A stretch of DNA of 64,000 nucleotides from an uncultured Prevotella sp. (GCA_900555035.1 USJX01000001.1:15740-79739); one strand, 5' to 3'; shown: positions 29,470-39,897, counted from the first letter of the stretch. Translations and numbers: made by a program. Notes: generated from the sequence alone by a model not told the origin.

Positions 29470-29502
29470 TATCCCCTGAAAGTGCTAGGCTTTCGGGGGA
29501 TA
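29470..29502 (+). terminator. Hairpin after giant gene
   Basis: tatcccctgaaag-tgctagg-ctttcgggggata. Confidence 0.65.
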
Positions 29503-29712
29503 ACTGCTTTCAATCTGAAACTTTTTGCCTCTTTTTCTTGTGTAAATCTATCAATCTGTAATTTTTTTATAAAGTTTAACTATTAAAATAGTTTTAAAAT
29601 ATTGATGTCTCATAATTTCTTATTATTTTTGCAGCAACTAAGAACATCTGAATATCAGATATTTGAATCAACAAAAAGAATACTAAATCATATAAACTTA
29701 AAAAGAAGGCTT

Positions 29713-30195
29713 ATGAAACAAGAAGAAGATGAAGACGAACGGGTCAGGAATTTGTTTAGAGAGATAACTAAGTTACTTCCTGAACGCAGAAAGATTAAGA
29801 CGGATTTGCTTTATTTCAAGTATGCTCCTATACTCGTCATGCTTATGCGATGGTATGGTGTTTCTCAGTTCTATGACAACAAAATGGAGATAACGCTGTT
29901 GTATGAAGATAATGAGGAACCAGTATGGTTCTTCTACTTCATCACTTACATTCTTTACCCGATTTCTATTTGGAAAGGTCAGGTTCTGCACAGATTGTGC
30001 GTGGAGTGGAGAATACCGCTCTTATATGCAGCAGGAATCAACGTAATACACATTATGTTCGGCTCTATCGTTATCACAAACAATATGTACTATTGTGATA
30101 TGTTCCTGATTACACTCATTTTAATTTTATATGCTTATGTCGCAATTAGTAAATTACAGCATCATCGAAGCTGGACTTCGTGCTCTCGCAGATAA
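29713..30195 (+). CDS. Multi-pass membrane protein
   Basis: Likely ATG 29713; about 4 hydrophobic segments. Confidence 0.65.
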   Translation: MKQEEDEDERVRNLFREITKLLPERRKIKTDLLYFKYAPILVMLMRWYGVSQFYDNKMEITLLYEDNEEPVWFFYFITYILYPISIWKGQVLHRLCVEWRIPLLYAAGINVIHIMFGSIVITNNMYYCDMFLITLILILYAYVAISKLQHHRSWTSCSRR

Positions 30196-30508
30196 GGCAC
30201 ACGAATCAGCTGTAGCCCAAGCGGAAGGAAAACCTATCCCTTGTGGTCTTTCGGAGAACGATATGGAACTGGTGGCACTCCTTACTGCCATGATGAATGA
30301 TACTCAAGCCAACAAGGGCTGGTGTGCTAATGAAATGGGCAAATCTATCTCGTCATTTGAAAAGTATGTTCACGATGGCAAGATACCCGAAGGCATCCAT
30401 GACCAGTTCGGGCATGAGAAGAAGTGGAATAAGTCGCTTATCCGATACTTTGCCAATAAGAAGGCATTCTTCCACAAGTTATCACGAAAGTATGGCATAA
30501 ACCTCTAG
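30131..30508 (+). CDS. Putative HTH (excisionase/MerR-like) DNA-binding protein
   Basis: NKGWCANEMGKSISSFEKYVHDGKIPEG...W resembles a winged HTH. Confidence 0.55.
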   Translation: MLMSQLVNYSIIEAGLRALADKAHESAVAQAEGKPIPCGLSENDMELVALLTAMMNDTQANKGWCANEMGKSISSFEKYVHDGKIPEGIHDQFGHEKKWNKSLIRYFANKKAFFHKLSRKYGINL

Positions 30509-30574
30509 GAGTAGCTACACATTATATATATAGGAGAGACCAAATCGCCTCTCCTGTATATTTATGACCTTTTC

Positions 30575-30674
30575 CGTAACCATAAATCTTTGCTTATCAA
30601 ACACTTATATAATCTTTTACGAGTTTATCAATCTCTATTCATATTATTCGTATCTTTGTGCTCGTAACGTTACG
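30575..30674 (+). promoter_or_regulatory. Second-class phage promoter
   Basis: CGTAA (30575), TACGAGTTTAT (30618-30628)-N22-TATCTTTG (30651-30658), then palindrome CGTAACGTTACG (30663-30674); same layout at 48974-49057. Confidence 0.7.
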
Positions 30675-30716
30675 TAGTATTAATCAATTAATGTTTAACA
30701 AAAGATTCAGGATAAT

Positions 30717-31661
30717 ATGGAAAGTAAAACGTATGTATTCGGAAATGAAGGCTCCACATCCAATAATGGGATGCTCGGTCTTCTTGCGCCTCTGCTCCAG
30801 AAGCAGGGTGTTGACCCAAATGTCCTCCTTGCCATGAAGGGAAACAATGGTTTCGGTGGCGAAGGTGGATGGTTTATGTGGGTAATATTCCTTTTCTTCC
30901 TCATGGGTTGGGGAGGTAACGGCTGGGGAGGTTTCGGCAATAATGGTCGTGGTGGTCTCGCCAACGAGATTAATAATGACTATGGTCGTGGTCTTCTGAT
31001 GGATGCCATCGGTGGTAACCGAAATGCACTCAGCAATTTGGCTACCCAGTTGAACTGCACCGAAGGTCAGATTCAGAGTGCCATTTCTGCATTGACCTCT
31101 CAGGTTCAGAGTGTAGGTAATCAGGTTGGTATGAGCGGTATGCAGACTATCAATGCTTTGCAGCAGGGTAACATGCAGATTGCTCAGCAGATTGCCAACT
31201 GCTGCTGCGAGAACCGCTTGGCTATCTGCCAGCAGACTGGAACCTTGCAGAATGCCATCAACAACGTAGCTAATGGTCAGGAGCGTGGTTTCTCTAACGT
31301 AGCTTACGAGACTCAGAGACAGACTTGTGACTTGCACAACGCTATCAAGGATAGCACTCAGACCATCGTTGACGGACAAAAGCAAGCTGAAATGAGAGAG
31401 TTACAGAACAAGATTGATGCTCTTCGTGAAGAGAACAGCACCTTCAAGTCTTCTGCTATGACCTCTCAGATTGTGGGTCAGGCTGTGGCTCCTATCAATC
31501 AGGTATTGGCTGGCTTGCAGAAAGAGGTGGCTGGTATCAAGTGTAAGTTGCCTGAGACAGTGACAACTCCTTATAGCCCATTTACTGCGGTTCCTAACTG
31601 CGTGGCATATCAAGCAGGTTTGTATGGTTTGAATGCTGCTAACAACGGATTCTGGGGTTAA
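30717..31661 (+). CDS. Gly-rich TM + Q/N-rich coiled-coil protein with ANCCC motif (unknown function)
   Basis: GGWFMWVIFLFFLMGWGGNGWGG, QIANCCCENRLA, Q/N-rich heptads. Confidence 0.8.
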   Translation: MESKTYVFGNEGSTSNNGMLGLLAPLLQKQGVDPNVLLAMKGNNGFGGEGGWFMWVIFLFFLMGWGGNGWGGFGNNGRGGLANEINNDYGRGLLMDAIGGNRNALSNLATQLNCTEGQIQSAISALTSQVQSVGNQVGMSGMQTINALQQGNMQIAQQIANCCCENRLAICQQTGTLQNAINNVANGQERGFSNVAYETQRQTCDLHNAIKDSTQTIVDGQKQAEMRELQNKIDALREENSTFKSSAMTSQIVGQAVAPINQVLAGLQKEVAGIKCKLPETVTTPYSPFTAVPNCVAYQAGLYGLNAANNGFWG

Positions 31662-31676
31662 AGAAAGGAGGCTGCT

Positions 31677-32021
31677 ATGTTTTGGTTAAGACCATTTACA
31701 TGGGTGAATCGTAATGGTTCGGCAGCTATCGCTTCTACTGGCGTGGTGGTGAACACCAACAATGTTGTTTTCTCGTTCAAAAACCACGCTTTCTTGAATG
31801 CCAACTACAGAGGTACGATTTTCGTAAACCTGATGCAGGCTATTCCGACTGGAACGACTACTACGCTGCCTATCCTTTTCGAGACCAACGGAAGTACTCA
31901 GGCTGTGACCAAGTATAATGGCGCACCATTGACGGTTGCAGACGTGCAGGGAACTGGTGTTTATCAGTTCTGGTTTGAGAGAGATACTAACACCCTACAG
32001 ATGATGTCGGGTATTGTTTAA
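31677..32021 (+). CDS. Hypothetical beta-rich protein
   Basis: 114 aa, operonic. Confidence 0.7.
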   Translation: MFWLRPFTWVNRNGSAAIASTGVVVNTNNVVFSFKNHAFLNANYRGTIFVNLMQAIPTGTTTTLPILFETNGSTQAVTKYNGAPLTVADVQGTGVYQFWFERDTNTLQMMSGIV

Positions 32022-32048
32022 CAATAATAGATAATAGGAGATTATTTT

Positions 32049-32549
32049 ATGTTTCAAGGTTTAAGAACAAATTCTTTATTCTACGTGCTCGATAAGGGCG
32101 AGAACCCGAACTTGCGAATCGGTCAGGTGGTTTCAGTAAGCAATCCTCAGACGAAATATCCTACCTTTAACAACGGCTTTACTCCTCAGCCTATGGAGAC
32201 CGTAGTGGACGTTAAGGTGAAGCTGGGTGATGAGGAAGTGGATTTCAAGCAACTGCCAGCAAACGGACAGATAGCCAACGACAAAAACCTTGTGGTTAGC
32301 GACAATAAGGATGCCATGAGTGCAGAGGTGGATGCCATGCTGAGACAATCCAAGGCGATACTGGAGAGCGTAGATTACAACAAGAGGGTAGTAGAATCTT
32401 GTGAGGGAATGCTACAGCAACTCAACCCCCAGATAGCCAAGGAGAAGGAACAGACCGAGAAAATCAATAAACTGGAAGGTAAGGTTTCAGGCATTGAGGG
32501 CAAGATTGACAAGATGATGGGATGGCTCCAGCAGACCATGAGCAAGTAA
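32049..32549 (+). CDS. Hypothetical protein with C-terminal coiled coil
   Basis: 166 aa, operonic. Confidence 0.7.
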   Translation: MFQGLRTNSLFYVLDKGENPNLRIGQVVSVSNPQTKYPTFNNGFTPQPMETVVDVKVKLGDEEVDFKQLPANGQIANDKNLVVSDNKDAMSAEVDAMLRQSKAILESVDYNKRVVESCEGMLQQLNPQIAKEKEQTEKINKLEGKVSGIEGKIDKMMGWLQQTMSK

Positions 32550-32581
32550 TCTCCTATCTATTCACTTAAAATCATAAGATT

Positions 32582-32863
32582 ATGGTAATGATTGAGATTA
32601 CAGAAGATAAGTTCGATGATTTGTATGACAACATCGAGTCTATGCTTGGTTTTGGCAGCAAGGCTATGTCTTGTCTGAAAAAGATGAAGCAGGAGCGTAT
32701 GGGTGAGCGTATGCCTGATTATCGTGACGATTGGAGAAGAGAACGTGAGGAACGTGAAGAGCGTGAGAACAGACGTAGATTCAACAACGTTAACGATGAT
32801 TGGAACTACCCGAACCGTTATGGTGAAAGAGGTGGTGGCGGCTACAATGGTGGCGGTCGCTAG
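32582..32863 (+). CDS. Hypothetical low-complexity R/E/G-rich protein
   Basis: 93 aa, operonic. Confidence 0.65.
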   Translation: MVMIEITEDKFDDLYDNIESMLGFGSKAMSCLKKMKQERMGERMPDYRDDWRREREEREERENRRRFNNVNDDWNYPNRYGERGGGGYNGGGR

Positions 32864-32930
32864 TGTTTAACTTGGGAGTTTTGGTAGCGACATTTATGTC
32901 GTGACCAGACTCCCTTTAATATTCAGCAAT

Positions 32931-33359
32931 ATGGGAAAATGCAGAATGCCATTGGATATGTATGACCTCAAACCAGAGGCGATGGTTGCCTATCTCAGAT
33001 ACAATGGCTATCATTTCAGCAAGAAAATGTGCGAGTGGGCGGTTAGCCTGATGTACAAGTATGACCCTTCCTCAAAGCGTGATGTAAGTGTCACGTTTTG
33101 GGATAAGGAGAAGGTGGATGCCTTGTTGCTTGGTCAGGGAATAGAGGTAAAGAATAAGATAGGCTACGACCATGTATATGTGGCTAATATGGCGAGGGCA
33201 GACTTCTACAAGTCTTCCATCAAGGATGAGGAGCAGCTAGCCCAGTTTATCAAGGATATGGTGGATGATACCGACCAGAAAGATGGATTTATATTCAACC
33301 GATTCTATGCCGACTGCTGCCACAATGGTGTGCCTATCCCTTGGGAAGATGTGCTATGA
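32931..33359 (+). CDS. Hypothetical helical protein, paralogue of 49087-49572
   Basis: HFSKKMCEWAVSLM / YDHVYVANMARAD / DDTD aligns by eye with HFDKHFSDDAISNM / YDLAVTMNLLRSD / QDPD. Confidence 0.7.
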   Translation: MGKCRMPLDMYDLKPEAMVAYLRYNGYHFSKKMCEWAVSLMYKYDPSSKRDVSVTFWDKEKVDALLLGQGIEVKNKIGYDHVYVANMARADFYKSSIKDEEQLAQFIKDMVDDTDQKDGFIFNRFYADCCHNGVPIPWEDVL

Positions 33360-33736
33360 TAAGAAGAGTAATACAACTTCCGAAGTACGATTGGAGCATA
33401 GTATGTTTCATAGGTTATCAGCCATCTGATGCCGATGAGATATGCCATGCTCTTTCAGATATTGGCTGCAACGGAAATCCGTTATCGGAAGCATATAAGC
33501 ATCTGTCTTTGTCGAGTGGAGATAGGGGGCTGACATATTCCAATCTGTCAGAAAGAAGGAGTGTTCTTGCCATTGGGGAGTGTGAATCAGATGGCAGCAC
33601 AATCAATACAATAGGTCATGAGCTTCTTCATGTTGTAGCGCATATCTGTGAGCAGGATGGAATAGATATGCTAAGCGAGGAACCATGCTATATGATGGGG
33701 AGTCTTTGTGAGAGGTTCTTTAAGGTATATGATTAA
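33356..33736 (+). CDS. Small HExxH zinc metallopeptidase-like protein
   Basis: RGLTY...TIGHELLHVVAHI...EEPCY; ATGA overlap with upstream gene. Confidence 0.65.
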   Translation: MIRRVIQLPKYDWSIVCFIGYQPSDADEICHALSDIGCNGNPLSEAYKHLSLSSGDRGLTYSNLSERRSVLAIGECESDGSTINTIGHELLHVVAHICEQDGIDMLSEEPCYMMGSLCERFFKVYD

Positions 33737-33760
33737 TGTTACTTCTACTTGGTGCATAAG

Positions 33761-33791
33761 AAAAGGGTGAATCTTTCGACTCACCCTTCTT
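33761..33791. terminator. Bidirectional terminator
   Basis: aaaagggtga-atctttcgac-tcacccttct between convergent genes. Confidence 0.75.
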
Positions 33792-33813
33792 CTCTTTTTA
33801 TAAAGCCAGCGAC

Positions 33814-36800
33814 TTAGAGTTCAACATTATTAACAATAATCTCAATGAAATATTTTATGTTCTGAGATTTATTATAAAATATGACTTGTGTCTGTCCTAT
33901 ATTAATACCAGAGACTATACCTGAGTTTATTGTGGCAACAGATTCATCAAGAGATTTGTAATCATTAGAAACCCCTACGATGCTTGTTAAATCTAAAGAC
34001 TCTCCCCTTTTTATAGTCTTAGGTCTTGTGAATACCACTCTGTCGTGACCTGCCCCAAATCTATAGGAATATATTATGCCATCTTTAATTTTTGGAATAA
34101 AGAAATCTACAGCATATTCATTTATAGTCTTTAATGTCCTTATATACGATTCATAGTCTCCTAATGTATCAATATTATCACCAACCTTTGATGGAATGTC
34201 ACAGTTAACCATTATTATAGGATATTTTGAACCATTCAGTGTATAAACATCATCAAAATGAGTATGTCCACAAATGTAAGCTAGCACATTTACACCATTA
34301 TCTATAGCGTCATTCAAAATACTATTCAAATCTAATCCGTTACTGTCATGGTCATAAATTGTATTGTTTCTGCTAAGTCCATAAGTATGACCGGTATATC
34401 CAAAAAAGTCAACACTAAGAGGAATATGACCAATAAAAATGACACCAAATCCGTCTGGAATATTCTTTAAAACAACATCTCTTACCCATAGAAGTTGATT
34501 ATATCCAATACTTGATGTACCTCCATCAACTGTGCATAGATTAACAACCCTAATTTTTGAGATATTATTATCGAAGTAATAATACAAATGTCCATTATCT
34601 TCTTCATTGTATGATACTCCATATACTCTTTCTTTGTCTACTGTTCCATGATTATATCCACCTAAATTCCAAATTTCACTTCTTGTTGCTCCACCTTGTA
34701 AGCTCATATCCGTTTGAGTTTTATTGAAATATAATTCGTGATGTGCTATGGAGTAAACAAATGGTATCTTTCCTATCTTGAAAAGAGAAAAAATATTGGA
34801 TAAATCTCGAAGTAGCAAAGACTTGTCTATGTAATTTTCACCACTTACTATATCGCCACAGTGACCAAGCCAATCCACACCAATATAATCAGCTAACAAA
34901 GCTATAGATTTGGCATGAGACTCCATTGTCTCTTTATTTGAATCCCCTATGTACTTGCCTGGAATATCCCCCATCGTAGGAGCATAGTGTGTATCTGACA
35001 CAATAGCAAACAAAGAATCTCCAAAACCTCTTTCCTTAGCAATCTTAATCTTTAGCGTCTGTTCCTCGCTTTGATAACCAGTAGGACTAGATATATACTC
35101 TTTGCTCTCCAAATATGATACTCTGTTATTTAGAGTAATAATGTTATGCAAATTCTCAGCAATATTCGTCTCATTCTCTGCGTTCTGTTTTTCAATTTCA
35201 CCAATGCACTTATTAATATTTTCTATTACGGAAAGTTGATTAAAAAAATTGTTTTCAAGTGATATTCCGCTTTCTGTAATATCTTCTTCTGTAATAGGCG
35301 TAGAATCTGATGACTGAACAGATATTATAATAAATCCATCTTCATCAGGTGTAAAAGTTGAAGATTTTTGACTAAACCATCCTGTAGTATCTTTTATATA
35401 TGAGTTGCTCAAGTTATAAAAGCACACCAAAACGTTCATAGTACTATTAGAAACTTTATATGTAATGCCTTTGTTTACATATATTTTTTTTGCAAAATAT
35501 GCTCTTTTGTCATTTTCGCCTTCACCAAAATTTCTATTATAGTATTTACCTACAATCCACTTTTCTCCTTTTATATTAGAGGAGAACATATTATATCTAA
35601 GTGCATCTAATACTTCTGTAGGTTTTGTGGCAAATAAATTACCCTTTATGATAGATACTTGTGCTTTGTACGAGTTTTCATCAAAAGATTTAAATGGAAA
35701 TAGCATGACACGAAGTGTTATATTTTCATTATTTACACTATACGATGAGCATGTATCAACTGTTTTTGAAGAGAGTTTATTATTATCTTTGTATTCATAA
35801 ACACGAATTTCAGCACCATTTGGTACACCACTAAAGACAAAAGAAAAAACATCTCCTTTTGTTGCTGTATCAGAATAAATATAGGAGCCATTATTAGCAT
35901 GAAGTGTTTCTGAAACTTCTACAAAATGTGATTCTATAGGGAACATTCCTTTTTGCATCATTAGAGCATTTTGCAAAATAAATCTATTGGCTAATTCTTC
36001 CTGTTCAACAGACCTTTTCTTTTCATTTTCAATTAGGTAAGAAATAGAACCCTCTGTGTCTTTGTCAGAATTTAATAAATCAACTGTTTTGTTCAGTTGA
36101 TTTATTAAATCATTTTGTGGTATCAAGTTTTCTGACAAAGTATTTTTGCCGTTATATACGAAAATTCTAAAATTACCTTCTTCTGTAGTACTTTTAGTAC
36201 AAAAACCATACACATATACAGTCTCAGTTTGCTCTGATTTTACTTCATAGAAATCATATCCATTTGTGTCATACGTTGTTCTGCTTAGAGTATCTCCTGA
36301 AGCATTAACTTCTCTAACTCTAACGACATAGCTATTATCATAAGAATTTTCAATGTAGTGATTAATGGAAATTATATCTCCTTTATGCAAATTTAAGACA
36401 ATTTCTGTTGTTGAATTATTAAGTATAATTTTTTTTCTCTCAATAATATTCCCTAAAAGATTATCTGTATTCAAAAGTGAAGATTGATATAAACTTGTTG
36501 ATATTGCTTTCTGAGACATCACCTTATCCTCAGCATCGCCTGATTCCTGAGAGATTGATTCTTTGTCAAATTTCTTTTCAAGTTCATTATTAACTCTAGA
36601 CTGCTCAGTCTGCATCTTAGAGGTGACATCAGCGGAATTGGCTTTCTTGGCAATCTCAGCATCCTGCAAAGTATTCTTGGTTTTCAACTCAGATACATAT
36701 GATTGTACATCAGTCTTCTCTGCTTTTGTGGAGATAGAGGAGTCTTGTTCCTTATTCTTGGCAGCAAGTTCGTCAATAGCACCTTGGGCTGTGACGGCTG

Positions 36801-37023
36801 TCATGTCACTGGTCTCGTTACTATAAGAGACAGCATTGGCAGTAGAGGCACCACCAGTTGCGGTGATGTCCTTAATAGCATTCTCTAGCTGATGGGTCTT
36901 GTCACCTATCTGTTGGACAGTCTCCTTGTCTCCATCCATGAAGACCTCCCTTGCGGATGCAAGTTTTCCTTGCTTTGTGGCTGCATGTAGTGTGGCTGTT
37001 ACATTAATATTATTATCTGACAT
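33814..37023 (-). CDS. Tail fibre/spike-type protein with calcineurin-like metallophosphoesterase and Ig-like C-terminus
   Basis: N-terminal TANAVSYSN..QGAIDEL and DKVMSQKA fibre motifs; SDTH, GD, HHE, GH, GHTHFD phosphoesterase motifs; SLDESVATINSGIVSG Ig-like. Confidence 0.7.
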   Translation of the reverse strand: MSDNNINVTATLHAATKQGKLASAREVFMDGDKETVQQIGDKTHQLENAIKDITATGGASTANAVSYSNETSDMTAVTAQGAIDELAAKNKEQDSSISTKAEKTDVQSYVSELKTKNTLQDAEIAKKANSADVTSKMQTEQSRVNNELEKKFDKESISQESGDAEDKVMSQKAISTSLYQSSLLNTDNLLGNIIERKKIILNNSTTEIVLNLHKGDIISINHYIENSYDNSYVVRVREVNASGDTLSRTTYDTNGYDFYEVKSEQTETVYVYGFCTKSTTEEGNFRIFVYNGKNTLSENLIPQNDLINQLNKTVDLLNSDKDTEGSISYLIENEKKRSVEQEELANRFILQNALMMQKGMFPIESHFVEVSETLHANNGSYIYSDTATKGDVFSFVFSGVPNGAEIRVYEYKDNNKLSSKTVDTCSSYSVNNENITLRVMLFPFKSFDENSYKAQVSIIKGNLFATKPTEVLDALRYNMFSSNIKGEKWIVGKYYNRNFGEGENDKRAYFAKKIYVNKGITYKVSNSTMNVLVCFYNLSNSYIKDTTGWFSQKSSTFTPDEDGFIIISVQSSDSTPITEEDITESGISLENNFFNQLSVIENINKCIGEIEKQNAENETNIAENLHNIITLNNRVSYLESKEYISSPTGYQSEEQTLKIKIAKERGFGDSLFAIVSDTHYAPTMGDIPGKYIGDSNKETMESHAKSIALLADYIGVDWLGHCGDIVSGENYIDKSLLLRDLSNIFSLFKIGKIPFVYSIAHHELYFNKTQTDMSLQGGATRSEIWNLGGYNHGTVDKERVYGVSYNEEDNGHLYYYFDNNISKIRVVNLCTVDGGTSSIGYNQLLWVRDVVLKNIPDGFGVIFIGHIPLSVDFFGYTGHTYGLSRNNTIYDHDSNGLDLNSILNDAIDNGVNVLAYICGHTHFDDVYTLNGSKYPIIMVNCDIPSKVGDNIDTLGDYESYIRTLKTINEYAVDFFIPKIKDGIIYSYRFGAGHDRVVFTRPKTIKRGESLDLTSIVGVSNDYKSLDESVATINSGIVSGINIGQTQVIFYNKSQNIKYFIEIIVNNVEL

Positions 37024-37034
37024 ATCTTTTTATT

Positions 37035-38588
37035 TTACAATATTACTAAATTCCATGTAGCTTGTGTGAGAGGATTGGCTGTGCGGTATGCCTTGAATGT
37101 TCCTAAGCTATTGGTGATAGCCTGAGTAACAGATAAAGGAACGTCAAATCCAGCACTGGTTACACGAGTGATTGAGAGATAATTAGGTACTACTAGCCAG
37201 ATGTAATCATTATCCTTAGTAGTTACTTTTGGATTGAATGATACTCCTGTAGCTGATACCTTGTTGAGCGTGTTGAGGATTTCTTCGGTCATGGTGGCTG
37301 CTGTGTTTCCTCCAAAGTAGCAGAGATAGCGAGTCTGTGATGTACTCTTGCCAGTTCTTCCTTCCTTGGTTACTGCATACTTGAAGATTTCTCTTGCTCC
37401 TTCGATAGGTGTGGATAGAGTTCCACCTGATGATGGAGTCTCTGAGAGATTCTTTGGGGCGTTGTCGTTAATCTGCTTGCTGATGATGGAAGTATCAGGC
37501 ACAATGGGTTTGTTGTCGCTTGTTACAGAATAACGAATCTCTGTCTGCATCGTACCTACGTTCGGGGTGATTGTAAATCCTAAGATGATAGGATAAACCG
37601 TATCATTCAGCTTTGCTAGGTTCTCGTCAACGTCCTGAATCAATCCTACTAGATTATCAGGAAGACCAGTAGCGGCTTGAATTGCTTTGCGAAGCTCTGG
37701 GTCGAACTTATCAATCTTCAATGTGCCGCTTGCCAACTTATCATTGGTTACTGAACCATTCTTGATTTTCTCAGTTGAAACTGCATTGTCGGAAAGTTTG
37801 GAGTTGACAATACTCTTATCAACTACCTGTGCTGTGTTGACTGAGTTTTGAGCCATCTTTTCGTTGGTGACAGAACTGTCCTTAATATTTTTTGTAGCTA
37901 CTGCATCTACAGATAGCTTTGAATTGACTATACTGCCATCCTTTACCAAAGTTTCATCTATCGCTCCTTCTGCAATCTTATCCTTGGTGATAGACTTTCT
38001 TGCTACCTTATCCGTTGTTACAGACTCGTTTGCAAGGTGTTTTGTTTCCAATGTTCCTTCACGCACTACTCTGCCATCTACTGACTGGTCTCCCAACTTT
38101 GTATTGGTGATGGCTTTCTCTTCCACCTTCTCCGTGGTTACGGCTCGGTCGTTGAGTTTCTCGGTGATGATAGATTCATTCTTAATCTTTTCCGATGTTA
38201 CTGCATTAGGAGCGATTTTTGAATTATCTACCGATTGGTCATTCAACTTCTCCGTAGTTACCGCCTTGTTGTTGATTTTGTCGGTCTCTACGGAAGAGTC
38301 GGCAAGTTTGGAGGTTGTGATGTTTGCATCTGCCACCTTGTCTGTGGTTACGGATGCAGCATTAAGTTTCTCAGTTGTTACCGATTCATTCTCCAACTTC
38401 TCTGTAGTGACGGCTTGGTCGGCAATCTGAGTAGTGTCGAGTTGGTCGGTCTTATTGACCTTCTCGTCCAGAAGCTCCTTGGTGGATTTGCCTGAACTCT
38501 CATCTTTCACGTATCGGGTGTAGGTCAGGGTCTCATCGGCTCTGTCGCTTACGAGCGTATTACTATAGTTTACTTTATCTGCTGCCAT
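37035..38588 (-). CDS. Tail fibre-like protein with about 25 decapeptide repeats
   Basis: Repeated [DN]x[AS][VI]TTEK[LI]x units. Confidence 0.75.
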   Translation of the reverse strand: MAADKVNYSNTLVSDRADETLTYTRYVKDESSGKSTKELLDEKVNKTDQLDTTQIADQAVTTEKLENESVTTEKLNAASVTTDKVADANITTSKLADSSVETDKINNKAVTTEKLNDQSVDNSKIAPNAVTSEKIKNESIITEKLNDRAVTTEKVEEKAITNTKLGDQSVDGRVVREGTLETKHLANESVTTDKVARKSITKDKIAEGAIDETLVKDGSIVNSKLSVDAVATKNIKDSSVTNEKMAQNSVNTAQVVDKSIVNSKLSDNAVSTEKIKNGSVTNDKLASGTLKIDKFDPELRKAIQAATGLPDNLVGLIQDVDENLAKLNDTVYPIILGFTITPNVGTMQTEIRYSVTSDNKPIVPDTSIISKQINDNAPKNLSETPSSGGTLSTPIEGAREIFKYAVTKEGRTGKSTSQTRYLCYFGGNTAATMTEEILNTLNKVSATGVSFNPKVTTKDNDYIWLVVPNYLSITRVTSAGFDVPLSVTQAITNSLGTFKAYRTANPLTQATWNLVIL

Positions 38589-38589
38589 G

Positions 38590-39504
38590 TTACTTTAATT
38601 TAGCGTTATATGTATGTTCTCCTGCTTTCAGTTGGTCACTCCAGTAGTAGAAAATGTCACCAATCTTGGTGGTATTGAACGCTGAGGTGAGTCCTGACTG
38701 GGAGAAGATAACTGGAACACGGCTGGCGAACCAGACGTATGGCTTTTCTTGGGTAGTAGTAACCGTGATAGACTTATCTACTATGTCACCCACCACCTTG
38801 GTGAGGTCTTCCATATTAAACTGGCACATATCCTTGGCTGCGGTGGCTCCGTAATAATAGAGGTTATCATCGCCATTTGCCATGATGCTGACGTAGCCAG
38901 ATACGGATGGAATCTCAATCTTGCCATCCTTGTAAACGTCTCTTGTGATGTCGGCTCCATCCATAACCACCTTCACCAAACCGAGGTTGAATCCTTCGGC
39001 TGGGGTAAGCGTTGCCTCGTACTTCTCGCCTAACTTCAATGTGGCAGGAGTAGAGGAGAGGGTTACATCATCAAGAGAATAGACAAAGGTGCAATCTGAC
39101 TGGTTCTTGGTGACCATGTAGTAACGGAGGTCGAACATGCCTACCGTCTCGCCTTGGAAAACGCCAACAGGAATCTTCACCCTATTGTTGGTCTCCACAA
39201 TCTGCATGATGTTTCTCTCCACACTCTTCATGGCATAGCCATCGTAGTTCCATGATACGGCTACATTGTAGTTGCCGATGTCTAGGGTGGATGGGATATT
39301 GCACACCAGCACATTATGCTCGATTCCACCGATGGACGTTGGCACGATGATGGAATCATCAAAACAGCATTGCAGTTCAACCTTGATGTCGGATGCCTTG
39401 GTCAGGTCGAAGTCAACCAGTCTGTTGAACTCCTTAGACAAGTCCATCTTCCGCACCAAGATATGGAGTTTGAAAGCGTTGCCTTGTACAATCTTATAAA
39501 TCAT
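38590..39504 (-). CDS. Putative tail/fibre-attachment structural protein
   Basis: Beta-rich; first gene of late-promoter-driven fibre operon. Confidence 0.55.
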   Translation of the reverse strand: MIYKIVQGNAFKLHILVRKMDLSKEFNRLVDFDLTKASDIKVELQCCFDDSIIVPTSIGGIEHNVLVCNIPSTLDIGNYNVAVSWNYDGYAMKSVERNIMQIVETNNRVKIPVGVFQGETVGMFDLRYYMVTKNQSDCTFVYSLDDVTLSSTPATLKLGEKYEATLTPAEGFNLGLVKVVMDGADITRDVYKDGKIEIPSVSGYVSIMANGDDNLYYYGATAAKDMCQFNMEDLTKVVGDIVDKSITVTTTQEKPYVWFASRVPVIFSQSGLTSAFNTTKIGDIFYYWSDQLKAGEHTYNAKLK

Positions 39505-39530
39505 ATTTGATACACATTATTAATAATACG

Positions 39531-39573
39531 CAAAGATAGGTATAATTTTCTCTACCTATCCTTTATCCGTTAA
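39531..39573 (-). promoter_or_regulatory. Late-type promoter of fibre operon
   Basis: TTAACGGATAAA (39562-39573)-N23-TATCTTTG (39531-39538). Confidence 0.85.
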
Positions 39574-39591
39574 CACTTGAACGGAAAAACT

Positions 39592-39897
39592 TTAGATTAA
39601 GCCTTTCCATCGTAGGAATTTGCGCTTTCTGCTGAGTTTTCCCTTCTTGCTCTTGCAGTTGGTATGATATACGCAATCCTTGAATAGGTCTCTAACCTTC
39701 ATGTCTTTATCTACCAACTTCGTCTTCTTGAATGCTTCAAAATAGGAGCGATTCATAATCATCAAGTTGCCCTTCTGCGTAGGGAGGACATAGAAGATGT
39801 CACCGTGGTTCTTCTTTGCTGCGAGGTCTGCCTTAGCCGTAGCTTGGCGGTACATGATTTCGCACTTGATGCGCTTGAAAATGTTTTTTACTTTCAT
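39592..39897 (-). CDS. Hypothetical basic protein
   Basis: 101 aa after terL. Confidence 0.65.
   Translation of the reverse strand: MKVKNIFKRIKCEIMYRQATAKADLAAKKNHGDIFYVLPTQKGNLMIMNRSYFEAFKKTKLVDKDMKVRDLFKDCVYHTNCKSKKGKLSRKRKFLRWKGLI

Noticed and set aside
37700..38440. Decapeptide repeats as a novel element or DGR target
   Set aside because: Common fibre repeat type; no reverse transcriptase or template/variable repeat pair seen
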